The notes under the pieces: generated by a model | The model's database searches: none | What the model was told of the DNA's origin: nothing | Seen by the model: the letters and a program-made list of their open reading frames with translations, nothing else | NCBI RefSeq assembly: GCF_006345805.1 | Contig: NC_042999.1 | Location: forward strand, 160,270,001 to 160,334,000 | Direction of reading: 5' to 3' | From: Octopus sinensis | Lineage: Eukaryota | Length of the DNA stretch: 64,000 bases | Shown here: positions 13,043 to 25,532 of the stretch, piece after piece | How the letters are laid out: each line of letters opens with the position of its first letter | Position numbering within the stretch: position 1 is the first letter of the stretch | Made by a program: the position numbers and the translations under genes

Positions 13043-13545
13043 TTAGTTAAATTTATTCAATGAGAATATTACATACTAAATTTATATTGAGTGCTTAATT
13101 GTATCAAAGTATTACTACTACTAAAGTATTTGTATATCTAATACGAGCGAGTGTATACATAAATATTTTTTAATAATATACTATTATTTATATAAGGAAA
13201 TCAATATCAAAACTCCTCAAAAAGATATACATGTGTGAAAAATAATTGTTGTGTTAAAAATATATAAATAAATATAAATATGTATAAAGATATATGAAGA
13301 TATGTATAAGTATAAATATATAATGTATATGACAGTTTAAATGTTTTGAATTAAGTATTTAAAGCACCTTACGATCGTTTCACAGAAGAGTTGTCCCTAT
13401 AATGAAATCCTATAGTGATAAGCATTTATAGACAACGCCTCTGCTCTTCAGAGATATAAAATTTGAATTCTGTATAACATATCGAATGGTAGTTTTTTTT
13501 TCAAATTTGAAGGAAAACTATAAAATAGTGTTTGTTTGAAAGAAA

Positions 13546-13740
13546 AATTAAAATTACTGTTTTTTAAAGAGAGTTTTTAAATCCATATATACTTCCTTGG
13601 TTATTCATCGGCAATAATCCATAATATTCATATGTAAAATCCGTTATATTATCTTGTATTCCAAATATTTGGAATACAAGGTAATATAACGGATTAGTAT
13701 ATATGGATTTAAAGACTCTTATCAAGCAGTAATTTTAATT
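13546..13740. repeat. Foldback / MITE-like palindrome
   Basis: Loopless 58-bp core palindrome 13638-13695 (1 mismatch), plus outer arms TTAAAATTACTG...TTTAAATCCATATA / TATATGGATTTAAA...CAGTAATTTTAA. Confidence 0.8.
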
Positions 13741-14146
13741 TTAATACATAGGGACACCACGTTATATGTTTCTATTTGAAATGGATTTGATTATCTACTT
13801 ATAATATTTATAGCAGTTGCTGTTCATGGTTCTGTTTATGTTGATGATGGAAACACACACACACACACACACATTTCTGCATCGAGGTTAATGATGTAAC
13901 TAACTCACAATAGATTATGGAATAACTGTAGCCGCTACAGAAATACTAAAACTCTATACCTCTCAATTCTGTTTTTTTTTTATTCCGCAATTACTGTTTA
14001 TATATCCCGGTTTGTTGGTTGCATCATTCTGTTAAATTACATCGAATTTAATTACGTTCGTCATTCGTCACCTGATACTCGGGTCCTCGGCTGGAGTGCT
14101 TAATGTGGGTTCCGTTTGATTTCTTTGAAACCAACTTTCATAACTC

Positions 14147-14202
<56 letters not shown>

Positions 14203-15244
14203 GTGCGTGTGTGTGCATGCTTACACATCACCATCAAGATCCCTTAACTGATGCAGCTAGTCGATGGGGTGCCACTCTAGACGATTTCAAAGTTAGCCGT
14301 CATCACCGGACTCTGTTCTCTGCCATGCATAGCAGGTTCACTGGCTTGCGACCTGTCCAGTTCTTGATGTCTGGAGATTTGGAGCAGCCCAGAGCACACC
14401 TGATTTCCATCACATATATCGGTTTCCATGAGAATGCTGTCCACATCAGGAGTTCCCTCAGTTCTGTATCGCTGAATCAAAACTGGTATCTTCCAGAAGC
14501 CGTTAGATACATGCCAAAGCCTTTTAAGACTTTGTAAAATGTTCTTGCCACCGTTTCTAATATCACTTTTCTCGGTGTAGCAGTGTGAACATTCATATTT
14601 TTCACGGTCCCATCACCATATTTGTGGACATTGCATACCGCTCTCAGATTGGCTTAGAAGACCTTCATGTTGTGATAGAATTTCAACAGTCTTCTGATCA
14701 TGCTATCGGTCTTCAACAGTCCTTTTCGTAGTGAGACATACAAGTTTTGGATTGACCGGTAAGTTGCTGTGTACCTCGTTCATTTAGAATGGCTTGACAG
14801 CACTTTCGGTTTTGAGAAAAGGCTTTTGCATCTTCACATCATTTATATCAAATGTGTTTGAGGAAACCGATTGAAGCAGCAGCTGTTTTGTCTCAAAAAA
14901 AATGTTCCCAGCAAGCACCAATTGGTGCAGAGTCGACTGGTACAGCGTCGGGTAACATTTGATGGTTATATTCACTGCAAGCGTACGTTGCACTTCAAGA
15001 CGTTTAAAGCTTGCTGTCATCCAGTCTTTTTGATGCAATTTTGCTAATTTTCTATTACTTGAGTTTCAGAGACAAACTGCATATTACACATATCAATATC
15101 ACGTACTGATATGTAGAATAGGCTGTCAGTCTCCAGTCTCGTAGCACGCGTAGATCTTATATCTGCAACGCTGACCCAGCGTATATGCACGTAGTCGAAT
15201 AGAAATCACTGTATCCATCGCAGGTGAACCAGCTGTAAAACTAC

Positions 15245-16504
15245 TTTTCTGGAAGGACGGGGGTGGGTAAGTTTGAGGCTCCTGTGCGTTTGCACTTGTT
15301 TTTATGTCATGGAGAGGGTTGGTGTCTGTAGGGAGTGGTTGGGTAGAGTGGATGTGGGTGGGGGCTGGGTGGGTGTGGATTGGGGGTCATCTTTTACCAC
15401 GTGTGTCCTCTTTCTCCTTTTTCTTCTTTTTTTCCCCACCATTTCCAAGCTGGTATTCGCTTCCTCTTCTTCGACGCTGGTACTTGTTTTCGTCTGTGAT
15501 GCCACATCACTTTGTTTTTCCTGTGGAGTACCAACCGCTTTTTCACTCCGTCTCTCCTTAGCCGTCCTAGTAGTGGTGGACAATCCGTTCTAATGTGGCC
15601 ACATTTATAGCAACACGGAATCCTCCCTTCCACTCTCACTTTCAGTATTCTCTCTCCGACTGTGATGGTCGTCGAGACCATCTTTTCAATTCTTTTGCAA
15701 TTTGCACTACCATATCAAGGGTTTGTCCCTGCCAGTTCCTGTGGGATGTTCTTGTGGCCTGGAGGGCTACCAACTTCTCCTCCATGCCTAGCAGTATGGC
15801 AGCCACCAGCCAGGCTACATCCACTTCTGGGGGTATTTCCTCCACCCTAACCCTGGAAGCATATCTCCTAAGGTATACGGGTAGAAGAACCACCTCATCC
15901 GTTTTTCAGCGGTGTTGCTGAGTGCAGCCTGGCAGTAGCTACCCTTCTGAACTGCACCTCCACCGTTCCAAATTTTTTTTCCTCTGGCAAGGTAGGAAAT
16001 CCCTTGCCAGTTTGGTCTCAGTGCCTATTTTATTTGGGCCGTTGACATGATCTCGATCTTCCTTGCAGCCACTGAATATGTTAAGTAGATTATTTACTGT
16101 TCTTTCTACTGCTTCCTTTAAAACTTCTTAAAGGGGAGGAACACCTTCACTTCGTTCCCCTCCCTTTTAAGCATTCCCTTGAACTTACATCCTCCAGCCT
16201 CACGTCTTCGCTTTTTTTCTTTTGTCGCTGTAGCATAATTCCTTATTTCCGTTGCTTCGTCTGTTTTCTTTAGACACTCCACTATTTTCTCCTCAGACGA
16301 CACAAAGTCCGAAGAAGGACCGTTTACAACGTCTGAAGCAGAACAATTCAAATTTTCGTAACTCCTCACTCGACGCCCTTCCATTACACAAGAGGAAAGA
16401 CCTCGCACCGCCAAGACAGCACCCCCCCCAAAAAAAACAACACGTGTGTAACAAACAAAACCAACAATCTAACTGACAAACGCTGTACCGGAAGCAAGCT
16501 TCTT
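15245..16504 (-). pseudogene. ORF1 (gag-like, CCHC zinc knuckle) of an L1/Tx1-type non-LTR element, copy 1; frameshifted, no ORF2
   Basis: ORF pieces MEGRRVRSYEN (ATG 16384), VLLPVYLRRYASRVRVEEIPPEVDVAWL and LKVRVEGRIPCCYKCGHIRTDC. The clade assignment is from domain layout only. Confidence 0.7.
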
Positions 16505-17004
16505 TATTTCATGAAATTGGCCATGAAGGCCGTACATAGACTGGACAGCACAAGGTGAGGACAAAAAAAAAATGGAAAAGATGAATTGAATATAATGAAA
16601 AAATGTAATGAAGCCACTCGGCCCCCACCCCTGAGAGTCTTCATTGAACCTGTTAATACAACCCCTTTTTAAAAAAAAAACATTAATTTAACTACCATTG
16701 ATAATGCCTTTGTGACAGCAAGTTTCCACTTTTTTGGAAATTGTCTCTGTCCATTTCCTTTAAAATGTAAGCATAACTTACGCTTTGAGGTATTTTGCTG
16801 GTTTCCATTTTCGTAACCCACCAATCGAAATCAGTTTCTTCTTCGCAATTTATCAATCTTCAGAAGTATTCCGGGTCCGCCATTGCTCAGCAAACGTCAT
16901 CGGGCAACCCTCCTCCCTTTGTTATGTCCACTTCTATTGCTTTGTCCCCTGTCTTTATCTCGTTGTAAAGTTCTTTATTCCTGTTATATAATATAACAAA
17001 TTTA

Positions 17005-18231
17005 TCCATGGGTCGGGGTGAGGAAATTTGGGGATCCTGTGTTTGTGCTTGTGTTTATGTCAGGCGGGGTATGGGGAGAGTTGGTGTCTATAGAGGTGGT
17101 TGGAGTAGAGTGGGTGTGGGTTGGGGGTCGTCCTTTACCACGTGTGTCCTCTTTCTCCTCTTCCTTCTCTTTTTCCCGCCGTTTCTCAGCTGGTGTTTAC
17201 TTTCTCTTCTGGTCTTTGTCTGTGGTGCTGCTTCACTCTCCTCCTCGCGCTTGTCCTCGGCCTCCATGGGCAGTGGAGCACCAACCACCTTCTCACTCTC
17301 TTGCCTTTCCCTAACCTTCACAGGTGGTTGATGACAATCCGCTCTAATGTGGCCTTTAAGGTCACATTTATAGCACCGCGGAATTCTCCCTTCCACTCTG
17401 ACTTTCAGCGTCAAGTCTGCGACCGTGATTGTCTCCACCGTACTTTCAATATCTTCTGGATTAATCTGTACCGCAATGTCAAGGTTCTGCCCTTGCTAGT
17501 TTCTGGTGGCCTGCAGGACCACCACCTTTTCTTCCACGCCTAGCAGTATGGCAGCCACCAGCCAGGTTACATTCACTTCTGGGGGTATGTTTTCTACCCT
17601 AACCCTGGAAGCACGTCTCCCAAGGTATACGGGTAGAAGCACCACTTCTTCGGTTTTTAATGGTGTGGCTGAGTGCTGTTTGGCGGTAGCTATCTCCCAA
17701 AACTGCAATTCCACCGTTCCGTACTTTTTTCTCCTGGCAAGGTAGGATATCTCTTGCCAGACTGGCCTCAACGCCTTTTCGACTTGTGCCTCCGACACCG
17801 CTTCTGTTTTTCTTGTTGCTACCGCGTATGTCCTGTAAACACTCGTTCTCTCTTCCTTATCCTTTAACACATCTTTGGCGAATGGGAACACTTTCACGTC
17901 ATTCCCCTCCCTTTTAAGTATTTCTTTGAACTTGCTCAGCTCTTCCAGACTTATGTTTTCAATATTTCCCCTTGCCGCTGTAGCATAATTCCTTGTTTCT
18001 ATTGCTGCATCAATCTTGTTCAAACAGTTCACCATTTCTTCCTCAGACGACACAAATTCTGAAGAAGAATAATTCAAATCCTCACAACTCTTCACATGAC
18101 GCCCCTCCATTAAGCAAGAGGGAAAATACCGCACCGCCAACTCAGCAAAAACCACGTGGGTTACAAACAAAGACAGCAGTCGAATTAACCAAAACGATAA
18201 ACTGGAAGCAAGCGTCTTACCACACAGCCAC
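17005..18231 (-). pseudogene. ORF1 (gag-like, CCHC zinc knuckle) of an L1/Tx1-type non-LTR element, copy 2; no ORF2
   Basis: 245-aa ORF 17496-18233 (likely ATG 18110), then frameshifted LKVRVEGRIPRCYKCDLKGHIRADC (CX2CX4HX4C); colinear with copy 1. Confidence 0.75.
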
Positions 18232-18496
18232 ACCTGTAGGATATCATAAGAGGGTGATTTAGTTACAACTTTCAGCAGGTCGAGCTATATGGAAAAGTTT
18301 CTATTGTTGCCTCGCGCATACATATATGGATAAATGAAACAGTTGAGGGTGAGTTTTGGGTGGGGGCGATATAGCTGCTATTTCTAACAGAGTGAGACAT
18401 CAAGTAAAGGCTTCAGAGTTAGCCTGTACAAACATGTATACATATGTACAATTGTCAGTAAGATTTGACTGCTACTTCTAGAATCTCAAAATATAG

Positions 18497-18551
<55 letters not shown>

Positions 18552-18839
18552 TGATGAAGACGTGCTGTTACCTAAATTAATCGTCGAGCAGAGAGACCTG
18601 GCAATGCCCAGCTATAAAAATAGAACATTTATATATCCGTGAATGCTGATATGTGTGCATGAGACAGTGGAGCTAAACTTGAGTCCGCTCACTAGACAGC
18701 TGTTCTTGCCCAAACATATCCTGATATCTTGCATTTGTTCTAGGATTTTTCCAGATACACGCTTCACAGTTAAGGGACATCTTCCTTGATCTGATTCGGG
18801 ATAGTGTTGAATAGAGCAGAGTTAGTTGAGATAGAAAAG

Positions 18840-19259
18840 GGATCTTTTCGGTATGAACGGCAGTTTTTTCTAGCGGTGTCATATGAAATTGTCACCCATA
18901 ATTATGACCCTAGTATCGATCTATTGCATTTCAATCTGTTTTAGAGTTAGGGTTAGGGGTGGTGGGAAGGGTATCTTTGTTTCTTCACAAATGTAAATAA
19001 ACCCAGTCTGTTTCTTAAACGAGGGACATATTCATACGGCGCAGAATGTTTTTTTTACCTCAATAGACGTCAGTGATTGGTTGAAATTGCAGAAATCGAA
19101 GAAAAAAAGACAACAAATATCTTACAAACTATAAAATTTTCTCGATAAAGCCAAGAGAAAAAGATGTTTTATAAACACATTCTACCAGTATACGAAGTTT
19201 AAAATTTTTTAGTTACCTAGAAATTATGTTAAAAACTGCCGTTCAAACCGAAAAGATCC
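18840..19259 (+). mobile_element. MITE family M copy 3
   Basis: Both TIRs present; 8-bp TSD TAGAAAAG. Confidence 0.95.
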
Positions 19260-19516
19260 TAGAAAAGTATTATCGCGATATCGTTACATGATTTGAGTTC
19301 CATTTCTGTAGTGGGTGGTGCCTTACTCGGGCAACGTCGATGGAATATTTTCCCTATGGAACAAATGACGTAGCGTTCACGATGCCGTCGAAGAGAAGAG
19401 ACTCTGGGTATTTTATGAAGACACTTATTCTTTATTTATTTGGTAGCTGTCCCCTGGGGAACCTCAATTTTCACAATATTTTGTTTGGTGTGAGAAACCA
19501 CAGGCTACAAAAGTAT

Positions 19517-20017
19517 TGTAACGGGGGTTCGAACCCTAACCGTTAGTTACTCGGTTAGACACTACGAGTGAGCCACCACAGTTTCACGAGATTGATCTAT
19601 AAACCGACCAATCAGAGAGAAGCCGTGGCGTAATACTGCTTCTCTGATGTTCTAGAATTTACCCTCTTGTTGTCACATATAAACTGATTGGTGCCTAATT
19701 CACGAGACAGAATGTTGAGTACGGCCGACTAATTCACACACCTCACCAAGCAGAGGATTTCCGGCACTTGAGCAGACACTCTCGGACTTTTACACAGACA
19801 GACCGGTTCTGAACATTCACACAATATCCTATAAATAGCTCTTACAGACGTGGTGCAGTGTTTTCCCTCCTTATTAACATCTTTCATTGTAAATAACCAA
19901 TACCAAATGTCTTATGCCCGGTAATAAACATTGAAGGTCGTGAGTTTGCTTCAGTTATTCAACACGCAGCTTTCTCCCAACAAAGAAAGATCCAGCAACG
20001 ATATGATCTCCGTAACA
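19517..20017 (+). mobile_element. Probable solo LTR
   Basis: Ends TGTAACGG...CCGTAACA (TG..CA with a 7/8 inverted match); internal CCAAT, TATAAATA (~19830) and AATAAA (~19923); no clear TSD. Confidence 0.55.
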
Positions 20018-21129
20018 CGAGTAATAACTTAACGTCAGTATTTTAATTGGGACCGCGCACAAAGTTAGAGAGAGAGAGAGAGAGGGAAAAGATGATGACA
20101 TGAGTAAATTAGGCCAATCCTGGCCGAAAGCTATCTCAGTTTATTTAAATACACACAGGAACGTATAAACATACACAGATCTATCACTGTGTTCGTAGCA
20201 TAGCATCATATTTAATATATATTTTACTGAAACCCCAATGAAAGATGTGGAATAAACTATATTTTGCGATTAAGTATCATTGGAAAGTAAAAGCACTGGT
20301 TAAGAGCATTATACTTTCAAGGTTGAAATATGCGCTGTCGCTGGGCTGTCTTTCTAAAGGAAACATTCTAGGATGATATAGCAAGCATCACAGTAGGGAA
20401 TTTCGGTCGATGAAATCAAATATATGTAAATAAAGGTGGAGCCGCAAAAATTTCCATGACGAAAATAAAATATTCTTTAAAAGTTTCTGTTTAAATACAT
20501 CCGTGTAATAAGATAGCATTTGCTTTCGATCGACCAGCTGAGGCAATCTTAAACTGTTTGTAGATGTTATTCTCCGTCACATTATGTTTAAGTTTTATTT
20601 TTATAATAATAATTCTTTCTATTATATACGCAAGGTTTGGCATTTTGTGAGGAGTGGGTTAGTTGATTATACTGCTTAACTGGCTCTTGTTTTACGGATA
20701 CCGAAGGGCCGCATACATCTGCTTGGAATCGAATAGCACGCAGCCCTCCTGAATAGTACCGAATGGTTGCCAAGTTGCACTACTGTTATCCTGGTATATC
20801 GAACGGCTTTCGTTCCTTCATGCCTTAGGGCAACTGCCCTAGCCCTGACAATGCAATTTTCATGCTTCATGTCGAAGGGCCAACGATCTCACCGCCAGCA
20901 CGTCAGTCGCAATGCCCTCTCTAAGCGCCACCTTCAGGTTGTCAGTGTTTGGTATGAGTGTGGCTTTTGGAGATGCTGTTGTGATTGTGTATTTCATTTA
21001 GAGAGGGTGTAGCATTATTTTTTAATTTTCTTTCTTAGTTTTCTCTCTTCGCAAGATGAGGTTTCCACGACGGAAAGATTCGGTGCGTATAAAGGTGGAA
21101 GTGTGTTTTCGTGTGTGTGTTCTGTGTGT

Positions 21130-21460
21130 TTTTCTCTTGGCTTTATTGAGAACATTCTATAGTTTGTAAGATATTTGTTGGGTATTTTTCTTCAATTTCT
21201 GCAATTTCAACCAATCAGTAACGTCTATTGAGTTAAAAAGCATTCTGTGCCGTATGAATATGTTCCTCGTTTAAGAAACAGATTGGGTTTATTTACATTT
21301 TTGAAGAAAAAAAGATACCATTCCCCCCATCCCTAACCCTAACACTAACCCTAACCCTGAAATAGATTGAAATGCAATAGATCGATACTCGGGTCATAAT
21401 TATGGGTGACAATTTAATATGACACCACTAGAAAAACTGCCGTTCAAACCGAAAAGATCC
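21130..21460 (-). mobile_element. MITE family M copy 4 (one end missing)
   Basis: Internal sequence with (CCCTAA)n and a single TIR ending AAAAGATCC at 21460. Confidence 0.9.
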
Positions 21461-22301
21461 CTTATTACTTATCGTATACAACTGTGAGTCGATGGGGTCT
21501 ATATAATTGTAACAGACCTTCTGGTGAATACCATGGCTGACCACTCTCGCTTGTCGATGTTTCCGGGTAGGCAATTGTCCATTACAATCTTGCAGAAATG
21601 AAATAAAATTCAATCCGTGAGAAAAGTTCACGAAGCATTTTAATGCTCACTTCTAGCACAGATTTTGTAATTGACTGGAATAATAGAAATTGACTTTGTA
21701 TATAAATATACAAGATTTTCTCAAACGAGAAGACTGCTAGAAAGTTGAAGAACCCGCTAATCAGTGTGCCTCGATTGTGCTATCAGGTTTGATAATTGAT
21801 TAAATTGAAGACGAGTTTAACAGTCAGGACTTACAATTGCAACGTATTTGTCTCTGGGCTAGATGAAAAAATGGATGAGGCTTTGTTGCAGAGTTTTTTT
21901 CCAACATATAACAACTGTCAAACATAAAGAAATGAGGTGGGTAGAGGACAAATCTGAAATAAAATTCAATTTAATGTTTGGTGATATTTTGACTGTTTTA
22001 CATTAGCATCGATTTATAGAATTAACGCTCTTTTATATTAGTTAGAAGGGAAATTTGGTAAAACACTATTTTAGTGACGTTGCTTTACCCTCTGAGATCG
22101 AATCCCGCTAATGTCGATTTTATATTGAATTTTACTGAGTCGATAAAATGAAGAACCAGTCAATTATTGTTGTTGATATGATTGAAAAATATCCTTTATA
22201 GCTTGTGGTTTTGTATCTATGTTAGAAATCGATGATTACATTGTCAATCCTGACGATATTTGAATTCTGAACTTTGTGTGTGTGCGCGCGCGCGCGCGCG
22301 C

Positions 22302-22356
<55 letters not shown>

Positions 22357-22385
22357 CTGTTTTCATCTAGTTTATGAGAATCATG

Positions 22386-23221
22386 GGATCTTTTCGGTTT
22401 GAACGGCAGTTTTTTTCTAGCGGTGTCATATGAAATTGTCACCCATACTTATGACACTAGAATCGATCTATTGCATTTCAATCTCTTTTAGAGTTAGGGT
22501 TAGTTGGGGTTAGGGTTAGGGGTGGGGGAAAGGGTATCTTTTTTTTCTTCACAAATCTAAATAAACCCAATCTGTTTCTTAAACGAGGGACATATTCATA
22601 CGGCACAGAATGCTTTTTAACTCAATAGACATCACTGATTGGTTGAAATTGCAGAAATTGAAAAAAAAAAACAACAACAAATATTTTACAAGCAATAGAA
22701 TTTTCTCAATAAAGCCAAGAGAAAAAGATGTTTTATGTGGCTGTGTGGTAAGTAGCTTGTTTACCAACCACATGGTTCCGGGTTCAGCCCCACTGCGTGA
22801 CACCTTGGGCAAGTGTCTTCTACTATAGCCTCGGGCCGACCAAAGCCTTGTGAGTGGATTTGGTAGACGGAAACTGAAAGAAGCCCGTCGTATATATGTA
22901 TATATATATATGTGCGTGTGTGTGTTTGTGTCTCTGTGTTTGTCCCCCTAGCATTGCTTGACAACCGATGCTGGTGTGCTTATGTCCCCGTCACTTAGCG
23001 GTTCGGCAAAAGAGACCGATAGAATAAGTACTGGGCTTACAAAAGAATAAGACCCGGGTCGAGTCGCTCGATTAAAGGCGGTGCTCCAGCATGGCCGCAG
23101 TCAAATGACTGAAACAAGTAAAAGAGAGTAAAAGAGTTAAAGAGTACCAGTATACGGAGTTTAAAAGTGTTTAGTTACCTAGAAATTATGTTAATAACTG
23201 CCGTTCAAACCGAAAAGATCC
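22386..23221 (+). mobile_element. MITE family M copy 5, interrupted by a SINE
   Basis: Both TIRs present; 8-bp TSD GAATCATG; SINE D inserted at 22737-23144. Confidence 0.95.
22737..23144 (+). mobile_element. tRNA-derived SINE family D, full length
   Basis: Head GTGGCTGTGTGGTAAGTAGCTTG...CCGGGTTCAGCCCC; CORE-like CACCTTGGGCAAGTG; tail (GTAAAAGA)n; near-identical to 45188-45590. Confidence 0.9.
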
Positions 23222-23534
23222 GAATCATGCCTTTCCCAAGTGTATTAACGGCACACATAAAAGAGAAATATCATTAAACAGAGTATAGAACCACGTAGCT
23301 ATATACGTTTACCAGCATTTATCCGTCTACTCTACAGCGCCGGCTGCCACCCAATGTAAAATATTAGAGGCGTCTTCTTTCTGTTAAGTAATCTATTTTA
23401 CGTTATTTCTTACATTAACTTCATTAAATTAATATTATTCCGCTAACTTTTGTCAGTTTGCATCATGCAAAATTATATGACAGCTAAAAGTGTTTTTGTT
23501 TTGCTTTTGTTTTTGCAACTAATTTCTAAGTGGC

Positions 23535-23968
23535 GGATCTTTTCGGTTTGACCGGCAGTTTTTTAAAATAATTTCCACGTAACTAAACACTTTTAAACTT
23601 CGTATACTGGTAGAATGTGTTTATAAAATATCTTTTTCTCTTGGCTTTATTGAGGAAAATTCTATAGTTTGTAACATATTTGTTGTTTTTTTTCTTCAAT
23701 TTCTGCAATTTCAACCAATCAATGACGTCCATTGAGGTAAAAAACATTCTGTGCCGTATGAATATGTCCCTCGTTTAAGAAACAGATTGGCTTTATTTAC
23801 ATTTGTGAAGAAAAAAAGATACCCTTCCCCCACCCCTAACCCTAACCCTAAATGACCGTAACCCTAAAAGAGATTGAAATGCAATAGATCGATTCTAGGG
23901 TCATAATTATGGGTGACAATTTCATATGACACCGCTAGAAAAAACTGCCGTTCAAACCGAAAAGATCC
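23535..23968 (-). mobile_element. MITE family M copy 6 (19-bp flanking duplication)
   Basis: Both TIRs present; CAACTAATTTCTAAGTGGC at 23516-23534 and 23969-23987. Confidence 0.95.
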
Positions 23969-24557
23969 CAACTAATTTCTAAGTGGCTAGTGTGGTATGC
24001 TTCAAACAAACTGAGTTTCAGCTTGGTGTCTCTTCCTTGATAAAGGTCCCCATCCTTTTTAATCCTTATTAGGGAAAACGTGAAAGTAATGGTTTTCATA
24101 TCCACGAAGCCACCAGGTAATCGCTCTAGTATTGAAGTTTCAGTGAAAGACAACGACAGCCACAACAGTCTTTTTCTTGTGACGGATATGCTTAAAAAAA
24201 AAAGTCTGACATCTTGTTATACGATTGGTACTTCTTTAAGGATCCTGTTAGGCACGACCTCAAATGCTAAAATAATAAATGCTTGTGAAAATCAAACTTT
24301 ACGTGACGTTTTAGTATTGCGCTGAAAATAACTGCAATGTTAAACGACAAATATATCTGCATGCACACGCACGTATACGCACGAAATATAATTTCTACTT
24401 AACTTCTTATGTAAGTTATGGGAAATACCAACAGCAGAACTAAAATAGTACAGATATTCATCATCTAAAACAACAACAACAACAACAACAACAACAAAAA
24501 TGCTGTTGGGAATGAGTCGATCAAATCGACCCCTGGTTCTTGTCTCGTACTCTATTT

Positions 24558-24740
24558 GGATCTTTTCGGTTTGAACGGTAGTATTTAACATCATTTCTAG
24601 GTAACTAAAAAATTTTAAACTTCGTATACTGGTAGAATGTGTTTATAAAACATCTTTTTCTCTTGGCTTTATTTTATCGACCCCGAAAATGGAAAGCAAA
24701 GTCGACCGCAGCGAGATTTCCTTCTAAAACGTAAAGAACA
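24558..24740 (-). mobile_element. Truncated MITE M (copy 7) fused to a SINE B fragment
   Basis: TIR plus about 110 bp of MITE, then a switch at TTATT into TTTATCGACCCCGAAAATGGAAAGCAAAGTCGACC. Confidence 0.8.
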
Positions 24741-25159
24741 GGAGTAATTGTTACAAGTCTGTGTTCATACTGCCTACGGTCCAACGAGTCTGCTGATCCC
24801 ACCACCATGTCTTGTCTGAAAATAATAAATATCATGGTTTATAAATCGCGTTTTCCTACGGCTTTTTCTTTTCTTAAAAAGAGACTTTTATGTGGAAAGG
24901 AAGTTGGCAATTGCGTGGACCATGAGAATAACGGAACCAACTGGCACTTGTATCTCTGACAAAGTCACTTAACACTGAAATGTTCAGTTCATCCAAGCGT
25001 TCTTCAGAACTATATTGACGAATAATTCACTGATATAAGCAGCGAGACATGTTATAACTTGGGATACTTACCTTATACGTGTTATGAGTATAAATGCATG
25101 TGTGTGTGCATAGGCAGTACTCGACTCGAACCTTGCAAAATGGAAATATTTTTTTTTAC

Positions 25160-25201
<42 letters not shown>

Positions 25202-25407
25202 TATATATATAATAATATAAATGTTAGAAGGCTTGGAGATGATATACAGATATTAGAAGAAATGAGTACTTAGATATTCGGATGGTTTTATATTTACAGA
25301 TATTTATTTGTATACTAGCATTATGACCCGTGGTTGCTGGTCATAGTGCTAGTGCATGTATATAAGTGTATATATATGTATACATATACATGTACATCTA
25401 TATATAT

Positions 25408-25532
25408 ACAACGTAAGGGGTATTAGCCATGAATGTGGCTAGCCACTGGGGTGGGGTGGGGTGTTACTGATGCTTCAGTAACACCCCCCCAGTGGCTAGC
25501 CACATTCAGATGGCTAATACCCCTTACGTTGT
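25408..25532. repeat. ~125-bp hairpin palindrome with a 4-nt loop
   Basis: ACAACGTAAGGGGTATTAGCCAT-GAATGTGGCTAGCCACTGGGG...GTGTTACTGA [TGCT] TCAGTAACAC...AGTGGCTAGCCACATTCAGATGGCTAATACCCCTTACGTTGT. Confidence 0.9.

Noticed and set aside
13110-13125. ACTACTACT as a Polinton/Maverick terminus
   Set aside because: No matching opposite terminus or TIR; a common short repeat.
20588-21012. Overlapping short ORFs in a GC-richer segment
   Set aside because: No recognisable motif, and stops in all frames.
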